DNA from: an uncultured Eisenbergiella sp.
Lineage (GTDB): Bacteria > Bacillota > Clostridia > Lachnospirales > Lachnospiraceae
NCBI GenBank assembly: GCA_947631815.1
Contig: CANRMT010000001.1
Location: 3,401-67,400 of the forward strand
Direction of reading: 5' to 3'
Length of the DNA stretch: 64,000 bases
Both the position numbers and the translations under genes were made by a program. Every line of letters starts with the position of its first letter. Position 1 is the stretch's first letter. A model generated the notes under the pieces. That model was not told the DNA's origin. It made no database searches and saw only the letters and a program-made list of their open reading frames with translations. This document shows positions 1 to 9,606 of the stretch, piece by piece.

Positions 1-2773
1 CCGGTCCGGGGACCTGGATCTCATAGTCCTTCGGAAACCCGTCCCGCATCCGGCACCGCTGGGCGGGCACGTATAAAAGGCCCGCGATCTCCGTTTTTTC
101 ATAAAAATGAAGCTCCAGCCGGATGGGGAACCGCTTCGCCCGGACATCCAGGAACGAATTGGGGCTGGCCTGCGCCAGCACAGAGGCGTCTTCGCCGCAT
201 GCTTTCTCCGCGCTCTCTGTGCCGCACCGGACGGATGCGCCCGCGGTGATCCGTTCCATGCGCAGCGTCGGGAAAAGCTGCGCCTCCACGTCCCGGCATT
301 CCGCCCGCCCCGTCGGCGCGAAATCCGGCGAGGACGTATAGCGGACCAGCGCCCGCAAAAGCGCGGCCGCCGCGGGTCTCTTTTCCAGATCGCCCTCCAG
401 ATCCGCCGAGACCATCAGCAGATTGCCCCGCTCCACCCTGGCCTCCCATACGAGGGCCAGCGGCAGATTCCGGTTCCAGTCGTCGATCACCCGCACCAGA
501 GGATCGATCCCCGGCATTTCCCGCATACAGAAGGCCCTGGCGCGGCTCAGGATCTCCTCCCATTGCCAGCCGCCGTCCTTTTCCGTCGGGAAATCCGCGA
601 ACAAAGGGCTGTCAGCCCGGATCAAAAGGCCCTGATTTCTGCCCCAGGTGGGCCCCATCTGGGAATTCCAGATCACATTCCGCATGGCCGTGGGGGGACA
701 CTCATAGCCCAGGTCGGAAAGGTGCGGGGAGTAGATCACGTTCCTTCCCTGCTCCAGCCAGGCCCTGGCCTCCCGCCAGCTCCTGGTATAACCGGGCGCG
801 GACGCTTTCGCCGCCGTGCCGGGCAGGGGGCCCTCCCACAGCCTGCCGAAACAGTACAGCTTCCAGCTGTTTTGAGTCACCCCATCGATCTTTAAGGAAA
901 ATTCCAGTTCCCGGTTCCCCTCAATTTTCTCAAAGGAAAGCGGGACCGTTCCCAGCCGGGTGACAGCGCCGTCCGGGATTTCCGGACAGTGCAGGACACC
1001 CTGACAGACGGTGCGGCGGGACTCGGTTCCGCTTTCTGTGACCTCCAGCTTCCATTTCACTTCCACGGCGCGCAGACCGCATCCGGCATACCGGCAGATC
1101 TCCACGGACACCTCCGTATGCTGTCCCTTCCGAAAAACATAGGAGGACAGCCGCGCCAGCAGCACCGTATCCGAGCAGAAACGCCGAAACTCCTCGGGAG
1201 AGGCATAGCCCTTTTCCTCCCAAAAGGCGTCCAGCAGACCCACAAAGGCCCCGCCCTGCCCCAGATAATCGTGCAGGTCCAGCATTTCAAACCCGGCCAG
1301 CTCCGGCGTGCGCAGGTTCGCCTCCACATCCTCCCGGTACAGGCGGAGCTGATTGCGCCCGGAAGCGAAGGCCAGCTCCCGGTTCAATCCCTCCAGACCG
1401 TTTCGCGCCGCGTTCTCCCGGAACAGGCGGTAATGGCCAGGCCGCAGGAACCCCGTAAATTTATCGATCACGGAAAAATCGGGATAGGCCGTCCACTGCC
1501 CCATCTCGTGACAGATCACCGGCAGCTTCGCGCCCTCCAGCGAAGGCGTGTAATCCCGGCCCCGCCAGCCCTCCTCGCCCCGGATCTTTCCTCCCATGTA
1601 GGGGCCGTAGGCCGACCGGTGAAAATACAGATAATCGGTGCCCTTCACATCCTTCGGCGGCACATCGTAGAACCAGCCGCTCTGCGCCGTATAGAGCCGC
1701 CGCCCCGCATAGCCCAGCGACTCATCCATGCGCCTCGCCTGCTCTGTCCAGTCCCGCAGGACGCCGTACCAGTTTCCGGAGGGCTCATTGGTAGGGGAAA
1801 ACAGCACAAAGGAGGGATGATGGCCGAACTGCTCCAGGATCCGTCCGGTCTCCTGCCCCAGCACCGCCAGCATGGGGATGCCCGGTTCAAAATGGTTCCA
1901 CATCCCGCATTCCGGCTGGAGATAGACACCGGCCTCGTCCGCCGCCGCGAACGCCGCCTCCGGCGGACAGAAGGAATGGCACCGGATGAAATTCAGTCCC
2001 CAGCGCTTCACTGTTTCCATCTTCTCCAGCCACCAGCTCTTCTCACAGACCGGATACCCGGTCAGCGGATACTGGCCGCCGATGTGGGTGCCTCGGAAGT
2101 ATTCCGGACGTCCGTCCACGAAAAATCCGCCGTCCTTCACCTCCACGGTCCGGGGATGTACCTGCGCATAACGCCGCTTCTCACGCTGACGGCGTTCCCA
2201 TTCCTCTATTGTAAACAGCGCGATCTCTCCCGCCATCCCGTTCCAGGTGCTTCCCAGCGCGTCAGACACGCCGTGGCCGTCCGGCCGGTAGGGATACTGC
2301 ATGGAATTGTCCGCCGAAACGGTCAGCGTATGCGTTCCCGCCGGGAGCGCCCCGCAGAAAATCCGGTGCGCCGTGCAGAGAGAACAGTCCTCTCCCTTAT
2401 ACACGCCGTCGATCCACACCTTCGTGCGCCAATGCGTGAGCTCGATGAACAGAACCCATTCCGCCTCCTGCGGCGTCTCAAATTCCCGTTCATAGAACGC
2501 CGTGCCCAGGAAATGTCTGGGCGGCTGAGCGCAGAAGGACACCTGCAGGTTCTCCTCCCCGGCAGGCTGCGCGTATTCTTCCCGCTCCCAGAAAAAGGGA
2601 TCGTGCAGGCTGCTGACCCATGGCGTGTCCCGGTCTATCGGATCGCCGAAGCCGGACGCCTGCAGAATGCCGGGAAGCGTTATGGTCCCCGCCTGCGGGC
2701 CTTCCTTCGCATTCAGCCGGATCCGCCACTCTCCCGCCAGATCCAGATACCTTCCGTCTCCGCGCTCACACAT
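1..2773 (-). CDS. Glycoside hydrolase family 2-like protein (3' end runs off the left edge of the window)
   Basis: Not in the ORF track because it has no stop in the window. Manual translation from ATG at 2773 (SD AGGAGAAGGA) gives MCERGDGRYLDLAGEWRIRL...GLNFIRCHSFCPPEAAFAAADEAGVYLQPE...FSPTNEP (acid/base NEP)...VICHEMGQW...VRVIDDWNRN, open to position 1. Confidence 0.85.
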   Translation of the reverse strand, partial: MCERGDGRYLDLAGEWRIRLNAKEGPQAGTITLPGILQASGFGDPIDRDTPWVSSLHDPFFWEREEYAQPAGEENLQVSFCAQPPRHFLGTAFYEREFETPQEAEWVLFIELTHWRTKVWIDGVYKGEDCSLCTAHRIFCGALPAGTHTLTVSADNSMQYPYRPDGHGVSDALGSTWNGMAGEIALFTIEEWERRQREKRRYAQVHPRTVEVKDGGFFVDGRPEYFRGTHIGGQYPLTGYPVCEKSWWLEKMETVKRWGLNFIRCHSFCPPEAAFAAADEAGVYLQPECGMWNHFEPGIPMLAVLGQETGRILEQFGHHPSFVLFSPTNEPSGNWYGVLRDWTEQARRMDESLGYAGRRLYTAQSGWFYDVPPKDVKGTDYLYFHRSAYGPYMGGKIRGEEGWRGRDYTPSLEGAKLPVICHEMGQWTAYPDFSVIDKFTGFLRPGHYRLFRENAARNGLEGLNRELAFASGRNQLRLYREDVEANLRTPELAGFEMLDLHDYLGQGGAFVGLLDAFWEEKGYASPEEFRRFCSDTVLLARLSSYVFRKGQHTEVSVEICRYAGCGLRAVEVKWKLEVTESGTESRRTVCQGVLHCPEIPDGAVTRLGTVPLSFEKIEGNRELEFSLKIDGVTQNSWKLYCFGRLWEGPLPGTAAKASAPGYTRSWREARAWLEQGRNVIYSPHLSDLGYECPPTAMRNVIWNSQMGPTWGRNQGLLIRADSPLFADFPTEKDGGWQWEEILSRARAFCMREMPGIDPLVRVIDDWNRNLPLALVWEARVERGNLLMVSADLEGDLEKRPAAAALLRALVRYTSSPDFAPTGRAECRDVEAQLFPTLRMERITAGASVRCGTESAEKACGEDASVLAQASPNSFLDVRAKRFPIRLELHFYEKTEIAGLLYVPAQRCRMRDGFPKDYEIQVPGP

Positions 2774-2825
2774 CGCTCTGTCCTTCTCCTAAAAATACGG
2801 TTTTTCCGTTTCCCGCGGCGCCGCG

Positions 2826-2955
2826 AAACAGCACTGCCGTCCCGCACCCCAGGCGGAAAAGGGAAACGGCACTGCCGTCCTCACGCCGCCGCGCAGCAGA
2901 ACAACGGCACCGCCCTCCTCACGCCGCCGCGCGGCAGAACAACGGCGCCGCCGTT
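2826..2955. repeat. Degenerate 38-bp tandem repeat, about 3.5 copies, intergenic
   Basis: Units start at 2826, 2864, 2902 and 2940; core aacggcac(t/c)gcc(g/c)tcctcacgccgccgcgc(a/g)gcagaac. Confidence 0.8.
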
Positions 2956-2965
2956 TCCCGCAGTC

Positions 2966-5900
2966 TCACCCGAACCGGAACCATTCAAAATCAAAACAGC
3001 TGCCGGGCAGGAAAACGAAGGAGACCTCCCAGCTGCCGGGCATGGGCTCCACCGAAAATACGTGCGTCCGCGCTTCCTCACAGCAGGGGAATTCCACGAT
3101 CTGCCGCTGATCCGTCTGCCCGTCAAAAAACCGCACATGTATGGTGTTCTTTCCCTTCGGCGCACGGCCCCTGATCGTCAGGCTTCCTGCTCCCTTTTCT
3201 CCGAAATCCATCCCCCGGAACACGAGGGAAACATTGTTCCCGATCTCTTCCACGCTCTGCCCCGAAATGCGGTAGCTGTCCCCGTAAACCGCATCCGCAC
3301 CGGCGGCCGGATTTTGCTCCCAGGCGCGCATCGGAGGCGCAAAGGAAAAGCCCTTGATGTGGATCTTCTGGTGCACCACAAAGCTGATGCTCTGCAGTCC
3401 GGTGAGCTTCTCGGGAAGCCGCCAGGTCTCCGGCTGATAGACGTTCCAGATCGATTCCCTCTGATAGACCGCGTCCAGCAGCAGCCTCCCGCCTTCCTCC
3501 GGAACGCCTTGCCAGATCTGGATGGGACAGGGATCGCTCCCCAGAGAAAAGATGGGAACCGTGATCCGGTCCGATCCCTGACTGCCGAAGTCGATATTGG
3601 AATAGGTGATCCGCGTCTCCCCGTCCCTGGCGCTGGCCACGCCCCGCTCGTTGCCGCTCGTGACCTCGCCTTTGAATGAAGTATACAGGCTCCCCGAAAT
3701 GAATTTATACGGATCGAAGGAAGCCGGTCCAAGCCCCTCTATGGAAAACTCCAGCTGAGAGATCAGGCGCACCGCGTCCGTCCCGCTTTTGGACATACAG
3801 CGCAGATAAAACGCACCGTCTCCCAGAGCCTCCATCCGGACCTGCCTGCCCTCCTGCTCCAGCTTCACCAGATTGGAAACGACGCCCCGCTCGTTGACCG
3901 CGGCAAAAACAACCTCCTGATCCTGCGCAGCCGCGGGCAGGACCTTCGCCTCCGCCGTCAGCCGCTTCACGTCCGCCGTAAAGCGCTGCCCCTGGGGCGC
4001 GGTGAGCAGAAGCTTTCTCGCCGGGATCTCCGCACGGCTTCCGGTGAGCACCGGCCGCTCCCGATTTTCCTCTTTTACAACAGGACAGAGCGCATCGGGG
4101 CCGTCTCCCTGTTCCGCCGCACAGACCGCTTCCCAGCTGAGGGCCCGCTCCGGTCCGCCGGGAACGCAGGCGCAGCGCAGAACGGCCTCCTGCAGGCCCT
4201 GCCCGGTGACGCGCATCCTGATCTCGCCGGGGCCCTGTGCCGGATCCCTGCGGTCCGCCCGAATGACCGCCAGCAGCTTTCCGCCGAACAGCCTCCGGCT
4301 GACGCCTTGATAGCTGTCATAATCCGTGCTGTCCCCATTGTCCAGGCCCACCAGTGCGCCGTCCCCCGTCACCTCTACAAAGACACGGTCGCAGGCGTTC
4401 TCCACCGGCCGCCCCTGCCCGTCCAGCGTGCCGATCTCCACGAACAGAAGGTCCTCGCCGTCAGCCAGAAGCTCCTCCTTTTCCGGGACAAGCACCAGCT
4501 TTGCCGAATCGCCGAAGCTCTGCCTGCAGGCCCGGGCGACTTCCCTTCCCGTCTCATCGTAGGCCACAGCCTCCAGGACCCCTTCCTCATAGGGCACGGA
4601 ATAGTCTGCAAGCAGCTTCTGCCCGCTGCCCGGCGCGTGATCCAGCGTCTGGACGCCCAGGCTCCGCCCGTTCAGGAACAGCTCCGCCCGGGCCGCATTG
4701 GTGCAGACGCGCACATCGATGATCTGCCCCGGATTGAAGTCCCAATACGGAAAAATATGGATCATGGGCTTCTTTTTCCCGTCCGTCCATGCCGACTGCC
4801 ACACATAATAGGAGTCCTTGGGAAATCCCGCCGTGTCCACCTGCCCGAAATAGGAGTTCTTGGTATGGTAAGGCGTCGGTTCGCCGATATAATCAAAGCC
4901 CGTCCACAGGAACTGCCCCATGGAAAAATCCGTATCCCGGTCCATGGAAATGCATTCCTCCATGCTGCGGGCGCTCCAGCTGGTGGCGCTGTTCCCCAGG
5001 GCCGAGCACTGTCTGTCGTCGTCCGACAAAATCTGGGCGCGCAGCGGGAAATGGTAGATGCCCCTGCTCTGCACGATCGAAGAGGTCTCGCTGCCGTAGA
5101 TCACCCAGTCCGGATGCTCCCGGTGATGCGCTTCATAATACCGCTCCGCATAGTTATAGCCCGCCAGCTTCACGATATCCGCGCATTTCTGCGCGTTCTC
5201 CCACGGCATATAGTTGGAGGCAATGGTGACGGAAGCGTTGTGATACGGATCATAGCGCTCCACCAGCTCCTTTAAGTGCCGGGTGATCTCCTGCCCCCGC
5301 CCGTCCGCATGCGTATCGTAGATCTCGTTGCCGATGCTCCAGAGGATCACGCTGGGATGATTCCTGTCCCGCATGATCCAGCTCTTCACGTCCCGTTCAT
5401 GCCACTCCGGGAAAAAACGGGCGTAGTCCCATTCCGTCTTGGGCCGCTCCCACATATCGAAGGCCTCCGAGATCAGCAGAAAGCCCATCTCGTCCGCCAG
5501 GTCCAAAAGCCCCGGTGCGGCCATATTGTGGCTGCACCGCAGGGCGTTCACGCCCATTTCGCGCAGGATCCGCAGCTTTCTCTGCATCGCCCGGGGCGAA
5601 AAAGCCGCGCCCAGCGAACCCAGGTCGTGATGCTCGCAGACGCCGTTCAGCTTCAGCTTTCTTCCGTTTAAGAGAAAACCTTCGTCCGGCGAGAACGTCA
5701 CGCTCCGAAAACCGATCCGGTTTTCCTCCCGCTGGCAGAGCTTCTCTCCTTTCCACAGCTCTGTCCGTACCGTATAGAGCGCGGGATCGTCCACATCCCA
5801 GCGCCCCGGCTTCTTCACCAGATATTCCCACGCCGTCCCGGTCCGGGAAAGCAGCTCCCAATCCACGCGCCGTCCCTTCGCGTCATACAGCGCATGCTCC

Positions 5901-6595
5901 AGACGATAACCGGAAAGGCCAGAGGCCAGATCCTCCTGCGGTTCTGCAGGGGAGCCGGACAGCCCCGCGCCGGAGTCCGCCGACTCCCAGGACGCTCCGC
6001 CGCACTCCTCATGCGTTCCGCCGCACAGATATTCCGTCTCCGGCACGTTCATCTCCGCCTGCAGCCGCAGCCGGAAATCCTCTCCTTCTGGCACGGAACT
6101 GATATAGATCCCGTCCTGCTCAATGCAGACCGGTTCCGTCACCTTCAGCCACACATCCCGGTAGATCCCCGCCCCGGAATACCATCTGCTGTTGGGATTC
6201 CGATAACAGGCGCTGACCCACACCCGATTTCTGCCCTTCTGCAAAAAGTGGGTGATCTCGACATTAAAAGAGGAATAACCGTATTTCCATTCTCCCGCTT
6301 TCCTGCCGTTCACATAGACTTCGCTGTCCATGTACACGCCCTCGAAGATCAAAAAGGCCCGTTTCCCTTCCTCTTCCCAGAAAAAGTCTTTCCGATACCA
6401 GCCCTTTCCGTCCTCGTACAGCCGGGTGGAATCCCCGATCAGCCAGTCGTGCGGGATCCGCACCGGGCAAAAATCCGCCTGTCTCTCCTGCGCGTCCTCC
6501 AGAGCGCTCTCCGTATCCAGCAGCAGGAACTGCCAGCCGTCACTGAACAGCCAGGTCCCGTTGCGCGATATATCCTTTTGTGCCGCTCTCTCCAT
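2966..6595 (-). CDS. Beta-galactosidase, GH2, with C-terminal CBM6-like/Ig-like domains
   Basis: FEGVYMDSEVYVNG, NSRWYSGAGIYRDV, LNGVCEHHDLG, DRNHPSVILWSIGNE, YGSET and GQFLWTGFDYIGEP motifs. Start moved to ATG 6595 after SD aaaggaaaaggg. Confidence 0.92.
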   Translation of the reverse strand: MERAAQKDISRNGTWLFSDGWQFLLLDTESALEDAQERQADFCPVRIPHDWLIGDSTRLYEDGKGWYRKDFFWEEEGKRAFLIFEGVYMDSEVYVNGRKAGEWKYGYSSFNVEITHFLQKGRNRVWVSACYRNPNSRWYSGAGIYRDVWLKVTEPVCIEQDGIYISSVPEGEDFRLRLQAEMNVPETEYLCGGTHEECGGASWESADSGAGLSGSPAEPQEDLASGLSGYRLEHALYDAKGRRVDWELLSRTGTAWEYLVKKPGRWDVDDPALYTVRTELWKGEKLCQREENRIGFRSVTFSPDEGFLLNGRKLKLNGVCEHHDLGSLGAAFSPRAMQRKLRILREMGVNALRCSHNMAAPGLLDLADEMGFLLISEAFDMWERPKTEWDYARFFPEWHERDVKSWIMRDRNHPSVILWSIGNEIYDTHADGRGQEITRHLKELVERYDPYHNASVTIASNYMPWENAQKCADIVKLAGYNYAERYYEAHHREHPDWVIYGSETSSIVQSRGIYHFPLRAQILSDDDRQCSALGNSATSWSARSMEECISMDRDTDFSMGQFLWTGFDYIGEPTPYHTKNSYFGQVDTAGFPKDSYYVWQSAWTDGKKKPMIHIFPYWDFNPGQIIDVRVCTNAARAELFLNGRSLGVQTLDHAPGSGQKLLADYSVPYEEGVLEAVAYDETGREVARACRQSFGDSAKLVLVPEKEELLADGEDLLFVEIGTLDGQGRPVENACDRVFVEVTGDGALVGLDNGDSTDYDSYQGVSRRLFGGKLLAVIRADRRDPAQGPGEIRMRVTGQGLQEAVLRCACVPGGPERALSWEAVCAAEQGDGPDALCPVVKEENRERPVLTGSRAEIPARKLLLTAPQGQRFTADVKRLTAEAKVLPAAAQDQEVVFAAVNERGVVSNLVKLEQEGRQVRMEALGDGAFYLRCMSKSGTDAVRLISQLEFSIEGLGPASFDPYKFISGSLYTSFKGEVTSGNERGVASARDGETRITYSNIDFGSQGSDRITVPIFSLGSDPCPIQIWQGVPEEGGRLLLDAVYQRESIWNVYQPETWRLPEKLTGLQSISFVVHQKIHIKGFSFAPPMRAWEQNPAAGADAVYGDSYRISGQSVEEIGNNVSLVFRGMDFGEKGAGSLTIRGRAPKGKNTIHVRFFDGQTDQRQIVEFPCCEEARTHVFSVEPMPGSWEVSFVFLPGSCFDFEWFRFG

Positions 6596-6705
6596 ATCGT
6601 TCCCTTTTCCTTTCGGCGCCTTTCTCCGATTCCCGAACAGTTCCGACCATCTCTGCCTGCGGATGCCCGGTCTGTGCGATCCGGCCAAACGATCATCCGC
6701 AGTTT

Positions 6706-7623
6706 TTATTGAATCTCCCGGATATCGTAAGGCGTTGCCTGATAGACGTAGTAATTGATCCAATTCGTATACAGCCCGTTGCAGTGCGCCCGCCAGGAAA
6801 GCAGCGGCTTCCTGGTAGGATCGTCATCGGGATAATAATTCTCCGGCACATGGATGGGCAGGCCCTTGTTCAGATCCCGCATATACTCGTTGTGCAGCGT
6901 GTAGCGGTCATACTCCGGATGGCCCATGACGAAGATCTGCCTTCCGTCCGCCGTCATGGACAGCAGCACACCGGCCTTTTCCGACTCGGCCATGACCACC
7001 AGCTTCTCGCAGTCGTGGATGGCCTGCGCGGGCGTGGCCGTATGGCGGCTGTGGGGAATGCAGAACACATCGTCGAAGCCACGCACCAGCGGCACCTTGC
7101 GGTTGAGCACCTTATGCCGGTAGACGCCGAACAGCTTTTCCGGCAGCAGTACCTTGTCCAGCCCGAAATGATAATACAGCCCGGCCTGCGCGCCCCAGCA
7201 GATGTGCAGCGTGCTGGTGACATGGCTTTTGGACCATTCCATGATCTCGCAGAGCTCCTGCCAGTAATCCACCTCTTCAAACGGGATCTGCTCCACCGGC
7301 GCGCCGGTGATGATGAGACCGTCGTACTTGTTGTCCTTCAGATCGTCAAAGGTATCGTAAAACTTGTTCAGGTGATTTGCGGACGTATTCAGGGAGATAT
7401 GGCTGTTCATCTTCATGAACGTCACGTCCACCTGCAGCGGCGTATTGGACAGGGAACGCAGCAGATGCAGCTCCGTGTCCTGCTTCACCGGCATCAGATT
7501 CAGGATGCAGATCTGCAGCGGACGGATATTCTGATGCAGGGCCCGGTATTCGTCCATCACGAAGATATTTTCATTGTCCAGGATCTCGCGCGCGGGCAGA
7601 TCGCTCTGTATTTTGATCGGCAT
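6706..7623 (-). CDS. metA: Homoserine O-acyltransferase MetA (acetyl-CoA type likely)
   Basis: [37 protein letters not shown] (catalytic Cys), GHPEYD. Confidence 0.95.
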   Translation of the reverse strand: MPIKIQSDLPAREILDNENIFVMDEYRALHQNIRPLQICILNLMPVKQDTELHLLRSLSNTPLQVDVTFMKMNSHISLNTSANHLNKFYDTFDDLKDNKYDGLIITGAPVEQIPFEEVDYWQELCEIMEWSKSHVTSTLHICWGAQAGLYYHFGLDKVLLPEKLFGVYRHKVLNRKVPLVRGFDDVFCIPHSRHTATPAQAIHDCEKLVVMAESEKAGVLLSMTADGRQIFVMGHPEYDRYTLHNEYMRDLNKGLPIHVPENYYPDDDPTRKPLLSWRAHCNGLYTNWINYYVYQATPYDIREIQ

Positions 7624-7647
7624 ATGTTCTGTATCCTCCTTGCGGCG

Positions 7648-9606
7648 TCAGTTTTCCAGAAAGCGTTCCATGAACTGCTCTTCCGTAATGACCTCCACGC
7701 CCAGCTCCTTCGCCTTTTTATTTTTGGCGGAACCGGATGTGCTGTCATTGTTGATCAGGCAGGTGGTTTTTCCCGTGACGCTTCCGGTCACTTTTCCCCC
7801 CAGCTCCTCGATCTTTTCCTTCAGCACGTTTCTGTTTTCAAAATGGTTCAGGCTGCCGGTGATGACAAAAATTTTCCCAGCCAGCGGCTGTTCTCCCGTC
7901 TCAAAGCTCTCTTCGGCGAGCTTCACCTCCTGCAGCAGAAGCGCCAGCGCCTCCCGGTTCTTCTCCTGCTGCCAGAACGCGCAGAAGGTTCCCGCGATCA
8001 CGGGTCCCACGCCGTCGATGGCGGAAAGCTCCTCCGCGGGAGCTTCCAGCATGCGGTCAAGGTCATTCTGATACGCACGGCAGATCATCCGCGCGTTGGC
8101 CGCGCCGATATTCGGGATCCCCAAGCCGTAGAGCAGCCGCGGCAGCGTGGTCCCGCGCGCATTTTCGATACTTTCCAGCAGATTCTGGCAGGATTTCTCC
8201 CCGAAGCCCTCCATCTCCACGATCTGTTCCCGATACCGTTCCAGATGAAACAGATCCGCATAGGTGTGCAGGAAGCCTTTTGCCAGAAATTTCTCCAGCG
8301 TGGCCTCCGAAAGGCCGTCGATGTTCATGGCGTCCCGGCTGACGAACAGGGAAAACGCCTTCAGCTTCTTCGCGTCGCAGTCCGGATTGGGACAGATCAG
8401 CGTTTCCGTCTCGTTTTCCCGCTCGATCCGCGTCTCCTTTCCGCACACCGGACAGACGGACGGGATCTCCAGACTGCCGCTGCGGGTCAGGTTTTCCGCG
8501 ATCTGCGGGATGATCATGTTCGCCTTATAGACCGTGATCCGATCGCCGATCCCCAGCTTTAAGTCCTTCACGATGCTGACATTGTGGACGCTGGCCCGGC
8601 TGACCGTGGTCCCCTCCAGTTCCACCGGGTCGAAGATCGCCACGGGATTGATCAGTCCAGTGCGGCTGGCGCTCCATTCGACCTGCCTGAGCACGGTCTC
8701 CGCCGTTTCGTCCGCCCATTTGAATGCGATGGAATTGCGCGGAAATTTGGCCGTGGCGCCCAGCGATTCCCCATAGGCGATATCGTCCAGGGTCAGCACA
8801 AGGCCGTCGGAGGGGATCTCGTACTGCGGGATCCTTTCTTCAAAAGAGGCCACGGCATCCACGACGTTCTGCGCCGTCACCCGCTCATACTCCACCACCG
8901 AAAACCCCTGTTCCTTCAAAAAAAGAAACTGCTTTTCCCGGGAGTTCTCAAAATCCGCCCCGTCCGCCCGCACCAGCGAAAAGGCGAAAAAGCGCACCCG
9001 GCGCTGCGCCGTGATCCCGCTGTTGAGCTGTCGCACGGAACCGGAGCATAAGTTCCTGGGATTTTTATAACGGGCGGAAACGTCTTCGATCTCTCCGTTG
9101 ATCTTTTCAAAGTCCGCATAGGTGATGACCGCTTCCCCCCGCAGGATCAGCTCGCCCTTCCAGGGGATCCTGTGCGGGAGATTGAGAAACGTCCGGGCGT
9201 TCCCCGTGATCACCTCGCCCACTTCGCCGTTGCCTCTCGTCACCGCTTTGAACAGTTCTCCGTCCCGATAGGTCAGCACGATGGTCAGTCCGTCCAGCTT
9301 CCAGGACAAAAGCCCCTCCTGATCTCCCAGCCAGTCCGCCAGTTCTTCCCGGTTCTTGGTCTTTCCCAGAGAAAGCATGGGCCGCTCGTGCCGCTCTTTG
9401 GGCAGCTCGTCCACAGCCTCGTAGCCCACGGTGACGGTGGGGCTTCCCGCCAGTACCGTACCGGTCTCCTCCTCCAGCGACACCAGCTCGTCGTAGAGCC
9501 TGTCATATTCATAATTGCTCATGATCTCACGATCTTTTGCATAATAGGCTTCAGACGCCTCTTTCAGAAGAGCGATCAGCTCCCGCATTCTTTCCAGTCC
9601 GCTCAT
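7648..9606 (-). CDS. ligA: NAD-dependent DNA ligase
   Basis: KLDG adenylation motif, VTRGNGEVGE, RNLCSGS, Zn finger CPVC...CPNPDC, HhH repeats, C-terminal BRCT. Start ATG 9606 with SD ggagg. Confidence 0.96.
   Translation of the reverse strand: MSGLERMRELIALLKEASEAYYAKDREIMSNYEYDRLYDELVSLEEETGTVLAGSPTVTVGYEAVDELPKERHERPMLSLGKTKNREELADWLGDQEGLLSWKLDGLTIVLTYRDGELFKAVTRGNGEVGEVITGNARTFLNLPHRIPWKGELILRGEAVITYADFEKINGEIEDVSARYKNPRNLCSGSVRQLNSGITAQRRVRFFAFSLVRADGADFENSREKQFLFLKEQGFSVVEYERVTAQNVVDAVASFEERIPQYEIPSDGLVLTLDDIAYGESLGATAKFPRNSIAFKWADETAETVLRQVEWSASRTGLINPVAIFDPVELEGTTVSRASVHNVSIVKDLKLGIGDRITVYKANMIIPQIAENLTRSGSLEIPSVCPVCGKETRIERENETETLICPNPDCDAKKLKAFSLFVSRDAMNIDGLSEATLEKFLAKGFLHTYADLFHLERYREQIVEMEGFGEKSCQNLLESIENARGTTLPRLLYGLGIPNIGAANARMICRAYQNDLDRMLEAPAEELSAIDGVGPVIAGTFCAFWQQEKNREALALLLQEVKLAEESFETGEQPLAGKIFVITGSLNHFENRNVLKEKIEELGGKVTGSVTGKTTCLINNDSTSGSAKNKKAKELGVEVITEEQFMERFLEN

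Noticed and set aside
989-3679. 896-aa plus-strand ORF
   Set aside because: Antisense shadow of two real GH2 genes; no motifs; long stop-free frames are expected at this GC.
7624-7647. SAM riboswitch or T-box for metA
   Set aside because: Only 24 bp separate ligA and metA; no such motif is present.
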